A stretch of 64,000 nt of DNA from assembly GCA_039621445.1 (NCBI GenBank), contig CP154954.1:43689847-43753846 (forward strand), written 5' to 3'. This document shows positions 27,101 to 39,100 of the stretch, piece after piece; positions within the stretch are counted from its first letter, which is position 1, and each line of letters opens with the position of its first letter. The notes under the pieces were generated by a model, which saw nothing but the letters and a program-made list of their open reading frames with translations, ran no database searches and was not told the DNA's origin. A program made the translations under genes and the position numbers. The DNA comes from Euglena gracilis. Lineage: Eukaryota.

Positions 27101-30100
27101 GTCGTGTTCATGGTTTGGTATGCTGATATTTGCCTATGTATTAGGTAGTAGTAGCCAGCTTGTGAACCCAACGTGTCCCAAATACCGTAAGCACAACTGA
27201 TATCTGCGACAAACAGCAACCAGGAGGCATTAACACACCACTGCTACGGATACGTCCGACGAAGCGTCGAATATATCACTGCCTTGCAGTGATCCCAGCC
27301 AGTCCAATCCGTCGGAGGCACCCACGGACACGTATCCGTCCGATAGGTCACTGGGCGGCTCGTAGAGGGACTCCGGTGGCTCGTACAGACTGCTGCCTTC
27401 CTCCTGGTCACCCACCACGATCGCGGCCTCTGCAACCTCCAAGTCAGCCGAGTTGACATCGAAGCGGTTATCCGCTTCATCCGTGTCGTGCAAGCGGTTT
27501 TCCGCTTCATCTGGATGCTGAAGTGGATGTTCCGCTGTGGCAGCCCTGCTTCTTCTGCGCGCGAGGAAGGGGTACATCGCCTCTTCTCTTTCTTGCAGAA
27601 GATCTGGATCAACACTACCCACGTTGGTGCTGAGCCACTCCTCCACGACTGCAGCGAGGCGCTGTCCTCGGACGAGCGTCTGCAGGGAATGTCGCAGGGC
27701 GGGCAGCAGCTGCTTAGTGGTCATCCGCGTTGGCAGAGGTTCCGGTGCCCTCCAGCTGGGGTAGGTCTCCGGGTCCAACAACCACCGCACTGTTGTGCTG
27801 TCCACCCGCTTGGGAAATGGACGGTCACCAGGGCTGCCAACCAGGCCGCGAACACGACGTGCCATCTCTTGCACCAGCTGCTTCCGGAGGCTGCCACGGC
27901 TGTGGTGAGCCTCGCCGGAGGGGGCGCCGAGGTTCAGGAACAGCTGCAGCGTACCCTCGAAGCTGGTCACGTGGGGGTTCCACTTGCAGGCAGAGGACAG
28001 CCTCGACAGCATGGCCTCACCAGCCTCCTCCACGAACACGCAGCCGGGCAGCCGGGACATCCAGTCCACCCAGCAGGGCCAGGGAGATGGTCCGCTGGTA
28101 CTCCGAAGGCGGCCTTCCGGGACTCATGAGGTTCTCCAAGTGCTTGAGCAGGAGACGACCCACGATGCCAGTGTGCCGTAAGCGTTCTCCGCATTGCCCT
28201 CGGAAGTTGCTGCAGCGCCCGCATGCTGGGAGTGTTCTCGGACACTGTAATGGGGTCTGCGAGGGGTTGGGCCTGTCGATGCAGCGTACTCCACACAGCA
28301 TACGCCCCAGTGGCGATCTGTCCCAGCCACCGAGGATTGTGGGAGGAAGACTGCATGTAGGCCTCCCTCACCAGTTATACTGTGCGACGAGAACGCCGAT
28401 TCAGCCGCACCATGCAGCACAGTGCCACAATTGCTTGGGCACCTACATCACGAGCCATGAAGGCATCGTGAAATAGGTCCCATCCCGAACGAGGCCGACC
28501 TCGTTGCAAATAGGCGCGAAGGGCGAATGTTCAGGACCAATTCCACAGGCGACGCAACGGCTGGCATGTGTACACTGTTCCAATGACATGCTATGGATAT
28601 CTTGCGTCAAAAGGAAGCGGATAACCGCTTCCTCTTGGTAATCTCTTGTTTATGACCCGTTAAACTAAGAATGCGTTGATAAATTGCTAATAGTTTAACG
28701 TATGGAGCGGTTTTACGCTTCATAAGCGGGGTTTGCTGATTTTTTGGTGCTGTTTGGCAGGTGTACTTAGATTTTGAAATGGGGGGTGCAACAGGACGTT
28801 GGTCTCTCAAAATGGGCGCATCCAGAGCGCGATGTCAGGTAAAATCCTTCCCAAAACACGAGTACCTGGGAATTTATGGTGAATTGATGTGGTTGGTGGT
28901 ACAACTGCCAGTTTACGTCGGTTAGAAACCTCGCGATTCAGAATCGTAGGGTTGGATTTACGTATTTTTTCTGCCATTTTTTTCATGAAGCGGAAAAACG
29001 CTTCCTACTCTGTCTCATTTTTAAATTAATGCCTGTTTTTTCGGTGCAACTGCCTGGGTGATCACAGTCACTACCCACATTTGCTTGACTGCCTGCCGTG
29101 ATCACAGTCACTACCCGGATCGACTGATCACAACATCGCTGGCTGTATGTAGTATCCTGATCTCGGTGTATAGCACTATCCTCACATCTTTCTTCAGCTG
29201 TCCATACCAATGTGATTTAGCAGTATACCGGAAATCAAACGTCGTCCAACAAACTGAGTGAATGATCTGCACTGATGAACCCGACTGCCTGGGTGATCAC
29301 AGTCGCTACCCACATATGTGGCTTCGTGTGAAGCGGATTCCCGCTGCCACCAGCAAAAAGGAGGCTGTCACTGGTAGGGAACCACAGACAGTACGTGGAG
29401 GGGGTGGGCAGTCCCCGCCACATACGGCCTTTGCTGGCCATTGCCGGCGGCAGCCCACAGAGCACGTTCAGATAAACCACCTGAATGCGTGTGGATTGCT
29501 GTTTAGTACTTTGTTGTCACACACTCGGTATGAACAGACATCATCGCGATTTCAGTCGTAGGTGAAGCGGTTTTCCGCTTCATTTTCATCCCTTTGAAAT
29601 ATAAAATTGTCCTGCTTCAGGATTTTGATAATAAAAACTCCGCCAAGATCATGTCTGCAGAGGACTTCTCATGGACTCGAACAACTCAGCGCAAGTGACG
29701 TACCGAACAATGAGATATTTGCACAACGAGTTGCAGTGGACCAATCTTAGCTTCAGTCCACCACTGTAACCGCGTTCTTCAATTTGGATACTAACATTAC
29801 CACTGTTGTCCTGTTGATGGTACGTGCAACCAGTAAACAGTTATGTACGTCGCGAGTGACATTAAACATATCGGACACTTATTAAAAAGAAGCGGAAAAT
29901 CGCTTCCTGTTGAATCTGACGTTGTATTGTGGGGGCTTCTTAAGCATTGCAATGCATTGCGCGATGATGTTAACCGTTTAACGTTTGGCTGAACCATAAA
30001 GTGCATTATGCAAGGCACATCGTAAACTATGTAACGTTTATGTGTTGCCATGAATGGGGAGCCTGGACTGTACGATCGCCTGCCCAGTCCAGCAAAAGCC

Positions 30101-32808
30101 ATAACCGAACCCCTGACGGCTGGGCACCGTTCGGGGGCACGGGGAAGTGAATTGGACCCGGTCCAGCCTCTCCCCTTTTTGTGAAATTGTGTCAATTACG
30201 TGCACAGGAAGCGGAAGTGCACAGGACCGCTTCCTTTGTCTTCAGTATCTCTTTTAAATGGGCCTACACATTTGTTTCGCGCATTACACAACTACCCAAC
30301 CTCCAGGTTCATCACGAACTTCATATGTTAGTTCTACGTTCAGTCTAGGCCGAAAACCCTTCTGTCTCTGGCAGTGCAAGGCGGGGAGCCACGGGGCTGC
30401 CAGGTGCCTGCTTCCGCCGCTTGCGGCCCCGGCAGCCCACAGGAACAACTGACACCGACGGTGGCCGACGTCGGTGTCAGGCAGAGTGAATCACACGGGT
30501 GCAACGTGATCTCTCCTCCTTTAGCATAAATGTACTTGTATTTCTGTTACAGATGATTCAGTTGTACTTCATGTAATATCACGACTGTGGGTGTCGATGA
30601 AGCGGTATTCCGCTTCATTAGGCATTTTACTTTATTTTCTTTGTTATGTTGATGTATTGCACACATGTATTTGCTATGTATATAGTCTCTTTCTGTATCT
30701 GTGCATTTACCTGTGAATCCGCTAAAAATAATTTTCGGAAATCATCGAAGCGGGTTTCCGCTTCATCTCTTATGCCGCCAATATCGACGAAAAATTTCTG
30801 CACCGATGTGTAACTCGAAAATTTTGGCTCTTTTTTACAGTATTTTTCTGGCATTCTGGGTGACACTTCAGTCAATTTTATCATGGGCAATTTGCGCCTC
30901 CTAAGCCAAGCACACGTGCTGGGCAGGTGTGTCCCTTATGCCGTGGGGACACCTGCTTTAGAGCATCCAAATTGTGGAAGTCCTAACTCCTTTCTCTGGT
31001 TCCTGGCCACCGAACCACCACACCATAGTTTTGAGCGTCAAGTTAAACGATTAGAGCTCAACACACAACACAAAACAAAGCAAAACTTGGTTGAACAGCC
31101 CACTCATTCACAAATTCGAGTGAGGTTGCAAAAACCATAAAATTGAAGGGACCATTGTACTGGCCTGCACCTAAAAAGCAAATGATTGGTGATCTGAAGT
31201 TTCTGCTGAGCAGGGGGGGAATGCAATCGCGTTCTTTTTTTGCTTTTGGATTTTTTTTTTGCACCTTTTGGCAATTTTTTAATTTTTGCTGGATTTTTTT
31301 TTGATTTTGAAAAACCTTTCTGAAACCAAATTTCTCATTCTTTGTCATTTTTGCATTTTTTGGTCAACAAACAGCATATTTTATGTAAAATGAAGAGTTA
31401 TCCCCGGCGGAGGTGGAAATTCTCTAAAGTCCTCTCCAGTGGAAAGCGTACATCCTGAAGGATTTTACATGCAACTTTTTTTGCATTTTTTGTGCTTATT
31501 TGCTTTTTTTATCTTAGTTTACTTTGTCCCGCGTTTTTTGAGAGTCCGTGTTGCAGCCCGCCCTTTGAGTGGGCTGTCCACCCCATCACAGCCTCTTCTT
31601 TTGTGACCAGCCCTGCTTCCCTGGCCAGTCACCCAAAGTGTACCCCCTCCCCCGGGGTTGCCAAAAAGAAGCCTGGACCCACCCTTCGCCAACTTCTCCA
31701 CCAACATCCAGGCCGCGTCGTTCCGCGGCGTCGGGCCCAGCGTGGACTTCGAGCCCCCGGCTGCAGGGCAAAGGTCTTTAATCGGGACAATGGCGAGGTC
31801 ATTTCGGTCAAGTGGGAACCACGGTTTCACTTCAATTTCAGCAGATTCTGAAGGATTTGTTGGTGTGAACGATGGCAGGTTTCACGGGCAGTCACCTATT
31901 CACAGTTGAACCACCAACGTTGTCACCCTCAGACACGTTTTTTTTTTGTCAAAAATGGCCAGTTTTTTTTGTCGAAATCGGCCAAATTTGTGTCACATTT
32001 ACAAAGATTTATGTAAACACTGGTCAAAATGAAAGCAAAAGTGACCAAAAATCTGCAAAATGGCAAAAATTTGATGTCAAGAATAGCTGCCCAAGTTAGG
32101 TCCATCAATGGTACTGAACTTAACACTTGCCATTTCTTTGTAATGTATTTAATATGTAAAATATATGTTTAATGCAAGTCAGAATTCCTGCTGAATGGTG
32201 TTACGATGGTGTGAAACCAAGAGTTCCAAGCATTGAAAGAAAAAAAACGTCAGCTGCACCATACCCCCCCCCCCTAGGGGGTACTAAACTTGACCCAGGT
32301 TGGCCACGGGTGCGTCCCTTGGGGTTACTGCAGGGTGTTGGGTTAGGGTTTGGACCGGTTGGCCTGAGGTCGGCCGCACACGACGTGCATCTTGCCCTGA
32401 GCATGCGGCCTAACTGCCGGCTTGACTGCCCGTACTGCAAACCCCAGCCCCTTTCAGAGTCACTCCAAAGGCAAAGGGAGGGTGAAGTCCCTTGTGGGGG
32501 CAACCATTCGGCAGGCTTTATCTTTCTTTCCCTCTGCCTGTCTGCCGCCTTTGGGAATCGCGCGGCCTGGGCCAGGGAGGCGTCGCGCGCGCGCGGTCGA
32601 CCTCAGGCCAACCGGCCCAAACCCTACGCCCTGCACTAACCCCAGGGTACACCCCCGTGGCCAACCTGGGGTACTAAACTTAACATTTAAGGGGGTACCA
32701 AACTTAACACTTGCCATGTGCATGCATGCATGCATGCATGCATGCATGCTTATGGCAAGTGTTAAGTGCATGCATGTATGTATGTCTGTCTGCCTGCCTG
32801 TCTGTCTT

Positions 32809-32861
<53 letters not shown>

Positions 32862-33150
32862 ATGTATGTATGTATGTATGTATGTATGTATGTATGTATG
32901 TATGTATGTATGTATGTATGTATGTATGTATGTATGTATGTATGTATGTATGTATGTATGTATGTATGTATGTATGTATGTATGTATGTATGTATGTATG
33001 TTTGTTATGTAGTATGTATGTATGTATGTATGTATGTATGTATGTATGTATGTATGTATGTATGTATGTATGTATGTATGTATGTATGTATGTATGTATG
33101 TATGTATGTATGTATGTATGTATGTATGTATGTATGTATGTATGTATGTA

Positions 33151-33181
<31 letters not shown>

Positions 33182-36100
33182 GTATATATGTATATATATG
33201 TATATGTATATATGTGTATATATATATATGTATATATTATATATATGTATATATTAATTATGGGTGCTGTGCCGTTGACGAACCTATTCATCCAGGCTTC
33301 TGTGTCAGCGAAGCATCCGGGGGGGGGGGGTGGGCTGGACTGCAGCTAGTCCAAATTTGGCAAGTGGAAATTTAGTAGGGTCAGCAAGTGTATTTTTTTT
33401 CCGGTGACAGACGAAACGTCGGTATTTTTTTTTCCGTACACGTGCCAACAATGCCCAGAACCGAGGTGGAAATTTTTTCCACCTCCTGGGGGACTCCCGG
33501 GACCGCGGGGAGGAGTGTCTGGTGAGCTGGGGGGTTTGGCTCAGAGTTAATTGACCCTTTTCTGGTGGCTGGCCTAATCGCTCCGAGTCTTTCTGCAAAA
33601 GCCTGATCCAAACCCACCCCACCCCATCCACCGCCTTTGATGGGGCTGAACCCCTCCGGCAGTGGGGGGCGGGCAGCAAGTACGTTGAGGGGGAGCCCAT
33701 CTCGCTGGAGAACTTCACCTCCACCTCCCTGTCGGCGTACATCGCCCACTCCTTCGGGTACGAGGGCCAGGGGGGGCCCTCCTTCAGCGACGGTCGGGGG
33801 CCAGGGAGACACGTGGAGGGCAGCCCCCCCCTCTCCCCAAGGGTCTGCTCTCTGTGCTTTGGACAGGCAGGGGAGGGCGCTTTCGACTCCCGTGGGGTGT
33901 AGTGCTGCCAAAGCACCCCCTTGGTTCCTAAAGCGACGTGGGTCGGACTGGAATCCAAAACCAAGCCCCCAACCCCTGTCGTTTCCTCTTCCAAAGAGAC
34001 CCAAAGGAAACCCTCTCGAGGAATTTATAGAAGAAACCCCCAAAAACAGACCCACCAAGGTAGTGTGAGTGCCCGAAATGGGTCATTTTTTAATTTTTCC
34101 CCCTATTTTCCCACATTTTTTATCTTTCTTTCCATGATATAGGATTTGGCATTTTTTAAACAATTTTTGTTTGTTGTTGAAATTCCTGCTTCTTGGACCT
34201 ATCTTTTTGTGCATCTCGAGGGAAGGCTTTTTTGCCCAATTTTTTCTGGCAATAAGTTTAAATAAGACCCTGATTGGACTTACCCAAACAATAGAGCTGG
34301 GGTGTGTTTTGGAGGGTTCACCGCCACCCCAAGTCAAAGACCAGGGAGGGGGGTGTCGTGTGTGTCGAGCAAACTTGCGGTCAACGACGGAAACAAAGGC
34401 GATTTCTTTTGGAATCTGTGGTCATTGGCGGGGGGGTCTCCCCCCATGCGATTGCTCACCGACCTCGAGGGGGGGGGTCACAGGGAAAGAAGTCAGTCAT
34501 TTTTGGGAAACCACTTCCAGCCGTGGGCAGGCACAGAGCCAGTGCCTGATGGGGGGGGGTTGCCCTGGGGCCGGCAGCATCCTCATCACCAAGATGAAGT
34601 CCTACAAGCTCATCTCCCGCTACTCCGACTTCCCGACGGAGCAGGAGTTCCTCGCCCCACCGGGCACCCGCTTCCGGGTCCGCCGCGTCTACCGCTCCCC
34701 CAACCCGAAGGCCTCCGGCGTGGCCACCTCTGCCGAGGCCGGTGCCAGTGTGATGAACAAGTGTGGAATTCTGGGCAGGCAACTTGGTTGCTTGGCACTG
34801 CAGCAACCACAGAGTGGAAGGAATAATGCTGGATCTCAGTCAGTCTGCCCAGATGGAAGATTGTAGAGATTTTTTTTTTTTGGGACATGGAATCGAATTC
34901 TGAAAGTGCTTCCACAAGCTTTACAGAATTTGATATATGTGAATCAGACATACTAACCTCCCCCACAGCCCTTGTCCCTTGCAGCGCTCGAAGAACTGGG
35001 CGGTCCAAAAAAGTTGGGTTCAATGACGTCCGAGGAAAAAGTTTGGGAAAGGATGGTCCCAACAAATGGGCACTCTGCTCTCTCTACTGCTCATTATTTG
35101 GAGGGTATGTATGGCTGAGTAGTTTTGAGGACGGTCTGTTGCCTTCCCAAGGTTTGCTGTGTGAGAATGGTTTTGCTTCTTTGTTTTCAGAACAGACCTG
35201 CTCACTGATATGGACTCCTCCCCAAAAATTTGTTGGGAATTTGTCCGATTTTGTCCATTTTTTTGCCATTGGAATTTCAAATGGAATCCTTCACACCCAC
35301 CTTGAGATTTCAGTCACCTCGTTGCCCCCCCCCCCCAGAAACCGTGCTTTCTGAACCAATTTTGGGGCGACCCGAACCTTCTCCCCATGTTCCCGAGTTC
35401 CCAGTTTTCGGCAACCTTTTGGGCAGTTTGAACGAGGCCGGTTTTTTGTTTCAGACACCCCTTAACTTTGGTGGGATGCCCACTGTTTCTGTGTTTTATG
35501 GTCAATCTTCGGCTTTGTTGCAAATGCGGAGGTTAAAAACTTAAGAACTAAATTTTTTTTAGTGGGTTGTTATCAATATTGTGAACCCCACCCCCCACTT
35601 ATACCCCCCCCATTTATAACCCCCCCACTTATACCCCCCCCCCCCCTTGGGCTGACCAACCAAACTGGATCCTATAACCCCCCCCCCCGGGGAAGAAAAA
35701 TGGAAACTGCCGGGGACGATTTTTTTTCGGCCGCAAAGCACACAAAAACTGATTTCTTGGCAATTTTTTTTGGAGACCGACCATCATCAAAAATGCCATT
35801 TTTGACCAAATTTTCCAAAAAGTGCCAATTTCGGGGGGGGGGGTCGGATTTTCACCAACAATTCCGGATCCTATAATCCCCCCCACTTATCACCCCCCCC
35901 CCCCCCCCCCCTTCGGCTGACCAACCAAACGGATCTTATAAACCCCGGGGGTTTATAAGTAGGGGGGGGTATGTATCCTCCCGGAAAACTTTGGAAAAAA
36001 TGGAAAGCCACCTGGGCACCCTCCCTCCAGAAGTGCCCCCAGAGTCGAATAACGCCCGAGACCACCTTTGGAAGCCCCCCCCCCCCCCCCGAGGCCTTGG

Positions 36101-39100
36101 TGCAACAACAGGGTTTCCCAAAGTTTCGCGCAATGAAGAACCTCAAAAAACACGAATGAATAACAATATTATATCAAATGATATAACGATGTGTTTATTT
36201 CTGAATTCTGTGGAGTTGCCATGCCCACCCCCACTGTGCCCAACGAACACCCGATCCAACTTACAACCCCTCTTCGAAACAGTTTTGGACACCGCAACTG
36301 CAGGTTTACTTTTTTACCAAACACCCATGACCAATGAATCCCCCCCCCCCTTGCTTGGACCGCAACTTTGTCAATTTTGTGTTTGTTGGAGACAGAGATG
36401 GTGGGCACGTCACGTCTTTGGAAGCTGCCACTGTGAGGCACAACAAGTGTACCTTTGGATCGCCGAGCTCTCATCTCTCTAGAGTAAGAGCGAAGCTTAC
36501 CACTGGGGCAGGGGACCCCCCTCCCCCCGAGTAGGTCGGGACACCCGAGGATTATCGACGTGATTGGATGGGGCCGAAAAGTTAATAGCCTATAGGTTAG
36601 GAGAGGATTTCTAGTTTCTAACGAGCCCTCATTTTGCCCCTAACTCCCCGCCAGTCCGGAGATATGGCCCGAGCAAAAAAGTTGTCTACCGTTTTTTTTT
36701 CTCCAAAGAATTTCATTGGACAGGCAAAAGGGGTCATTTTTGGGGTCAAAAAAAATCGAAAAATTCAAAATATCTCGAAAACGCTGGGGAGTTGAGAAAA
36801 AGTAAAGAGTACCTCATTCCACAATTTTGGGACGCCCTATCCACCGGTATGCGCGGTTTGGGCCAACTCCCCGCCTGGGCCGAGATATGGCTGTTTTGTG
36901 GTTTGCCATGGGGGGGGACTCTGCCATTTGGAGCCCAAAACAGGCCAAAAAACCAGTTTCTGCAAAATATTTCCAAAATGGTGGGGAATTGAAAAAAAAT
37001 GTCCGGCGACCTTTTTCGAAGCCCTTGGAATGCCCTATCTACTGGTATTTTGATTTCCCCGCAACACTCCGCCTAGCCCGAGATGCGGCCGTTTTCCAGC
37101 CCAGATGGCCGTTTTGTACACTTTTCCCACTGCCCGACTTAGCCGTTTTGGGGGGTGGAGGGGTCAAAAAATCAATGTTTTCAAAATATCTCCAAAATGA
37201 AGCAAAATCAAAGGAAATGGCTGGAGACCTAAATTGAAGCCTTTGGAATGCCCCATCTACCGGTATTTTGATTTCCCCGCAACTCCTTGCCTAGCCCGAG
37301 ATACGGCCGTTTCTTTTTCGGCCAATTTGGGACGTTTTGTACACTTTTTCTACTGTCAGACTAAGCTGTTTTCGGCCAAAAAAGTCGAAAGATATCCAAA
37401 AAGATCGAATTTTTTTTTGCCCGAAACTATTTTTTTTTTTTTGGCCTCCCGCACCCGGAAAAACTGTTTTTGAGCCAAAAATCAGCGTTTTTCGACCCGC
37501 CAGCGCCCCATTTTGGGCTGCCAACCCATTGACTTTGGGTCAAAACCGGGTCAAAAAATCGAAATTTTTTTTGCCCGAAACAATGTTTTTTTGGCCTCCC
37601 GGACCCGGAAAAAGTGTTTTTGAGCCGAAAATGAGAGTTTTTCAACCCCCCGTCCCATGCCCGGGCTGGGCAGCCGGCCGAGCCGCCGACCGGGCCGGGC
37701 CGGCCCCCCGGCCGCCGGCCGGGCCAGGCTGGGCCGGTCCGGGGTGGTCTCCCAAAGAGCTCAGCTCCCTGGCACCTCTCCCCCAGCAGGGTATCAAAGT
37801 GGACCCTTGGTCTGGCAGATGAGAGGCACGAAGTACCCCCCCCCCCCTTGTCTAAGCACCACCCTTGTCTAAGCACCACCCCCCCGGTTCTTACCCATCT
37901 TTTTACAGGTCATCGTCACGGGGAGGTATATTTTGTGTGCATTTTTAAGGGAAATTTCTCAAAAATTTCGAAATTTCTGCAACTCCTGAGACCTGATTTG
38001 GTGAGATATTGTTGATTTCTGCATCCAAATGTGTGTAAGTTCAATAGTGCATTTTCAAATTAAGGGGAATTTTTCCTTTTCGGCGCGAAGCGCCGGATTT
38101 TTTTTGATGTCAAAATTTTCCCCCTTGTCTAAGCACCACCCCCCTGGTTCTTACCCATATTTTGGCAAAATAAGCACCCCCCCCCCGGTTCTTACCCATC
38201 TTTTCCGGTTCTTAGACAAGGGGGGGGGAGGTAAGGAACCTGCTCCTCAAAAGCTGCTCTGTCCCACCTAGGCCACATGCCACACACAACCCACAAAAAA
38301 GGAGCGGAGAGGCAAACGTCCACAACAAGGGCCTGTTTCTTTCGTGGACGTATATCTGGGTACTTTTCTGCCAATCTCCTGCCCCAGCCTTGCGCCGTGA
38401 TGCCGCTGATGTACTTCTACATGGCTTGCACGCAGTGCGAGGACTGGGAGAGCTGCGGGCTGCGGGGCCTCGAAAACGAAAACATGGAAAACATGGTCTC
38501 CGAGCGGGCGCTGGCAGACACGCTGGAGGCGATCTACACCACCGAGCCCCTCCCTGGAGGACGGAGGTGCCTTCCGGTTGGAGGCGGATTTGTTTATGCA
38601 AGGGGGAGGGGGGTTTCGGCGTGGGCGACAACGCGTAAAGAGCACTCCCCTAATTCCGGCTGCTGAAACAATCATGCCTGACATGATGACCCACCCCCGG
38701 GGGGTTTCCGTAGGAGGAGGTTCGAGCTCGAACCTCCTCGAACGTTTTTGAGCCCCCCCCCCCCCCGTTCGAGGGGGGGCTTAAAATCCTCCTCGAACGA
38801 CCTCGAACGACATTTGAGGAGGATATTGATCCTCCTCGAACGACCTCGAACGACGTTCGAGGAGGATATTGATCCTCCTCGAACGACCTCGAACGACATT
38901 CAAGGAGGATATTGATCCTCCTCGAACGACCTCGAACGGCATCTCGAACCTCCTCCTATGTACATGCATTCAGGTATCAGTTGCAAGTCTTTTTTTTGGA
39001 GTTTGTTATCATGCTTCATTGTTCTTGATTCTGCTTCTTTGTTTTTTTTTGTCTTTCACTGGCACAATTTGGAAGAAAGCAGAGAGTGAGGGTCCCCCGA

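Larger units (their letters stand above)
21014..30764. repeat. Dispersed 18-bp palindrome GAAGCGG-N4-CCGCTTC, ~22 copies
   Basis: Starts at 21014, 21308*, 21429, 22332, 22964, 23471, 24164, 25049, 25348, 25696, 26601, 27461, 27491, 28614, 28704, 28987, 29330, 29564, 29889, 30208*, 30599 and 30747 (* = longer spacer). Confidence 0.92.
20962..30906. mobile_element. ~9.9-kb TIR DNA element of unassigned superfamily carrying a ParB-like gene
   Basis: Inverted ends GCTTAGGAGGCGTAAACTGCCCA (20962-20984) and TGGGCAATTTGCGCCTCCTAAGC (30884-30906), with 2 mismatches. The TSD is ambiguous (CAA flanks, or TA/TWA if the TIR starts at GG). A second copy of the left end starts at 59831. Confidence 0.85.

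Noticed and set aside
21014-30764. Palindromes as CRISPR repeats or rho-independent terminators
   Set aside because: Spacing is irregular (30-900 bp), there are no consistent U-tails, and they lie in introns and coding sequence.
32422-33375. Long MYVC/HTYI ORFs
   Set aside because: Translations of the (TATG)n microsatellite.
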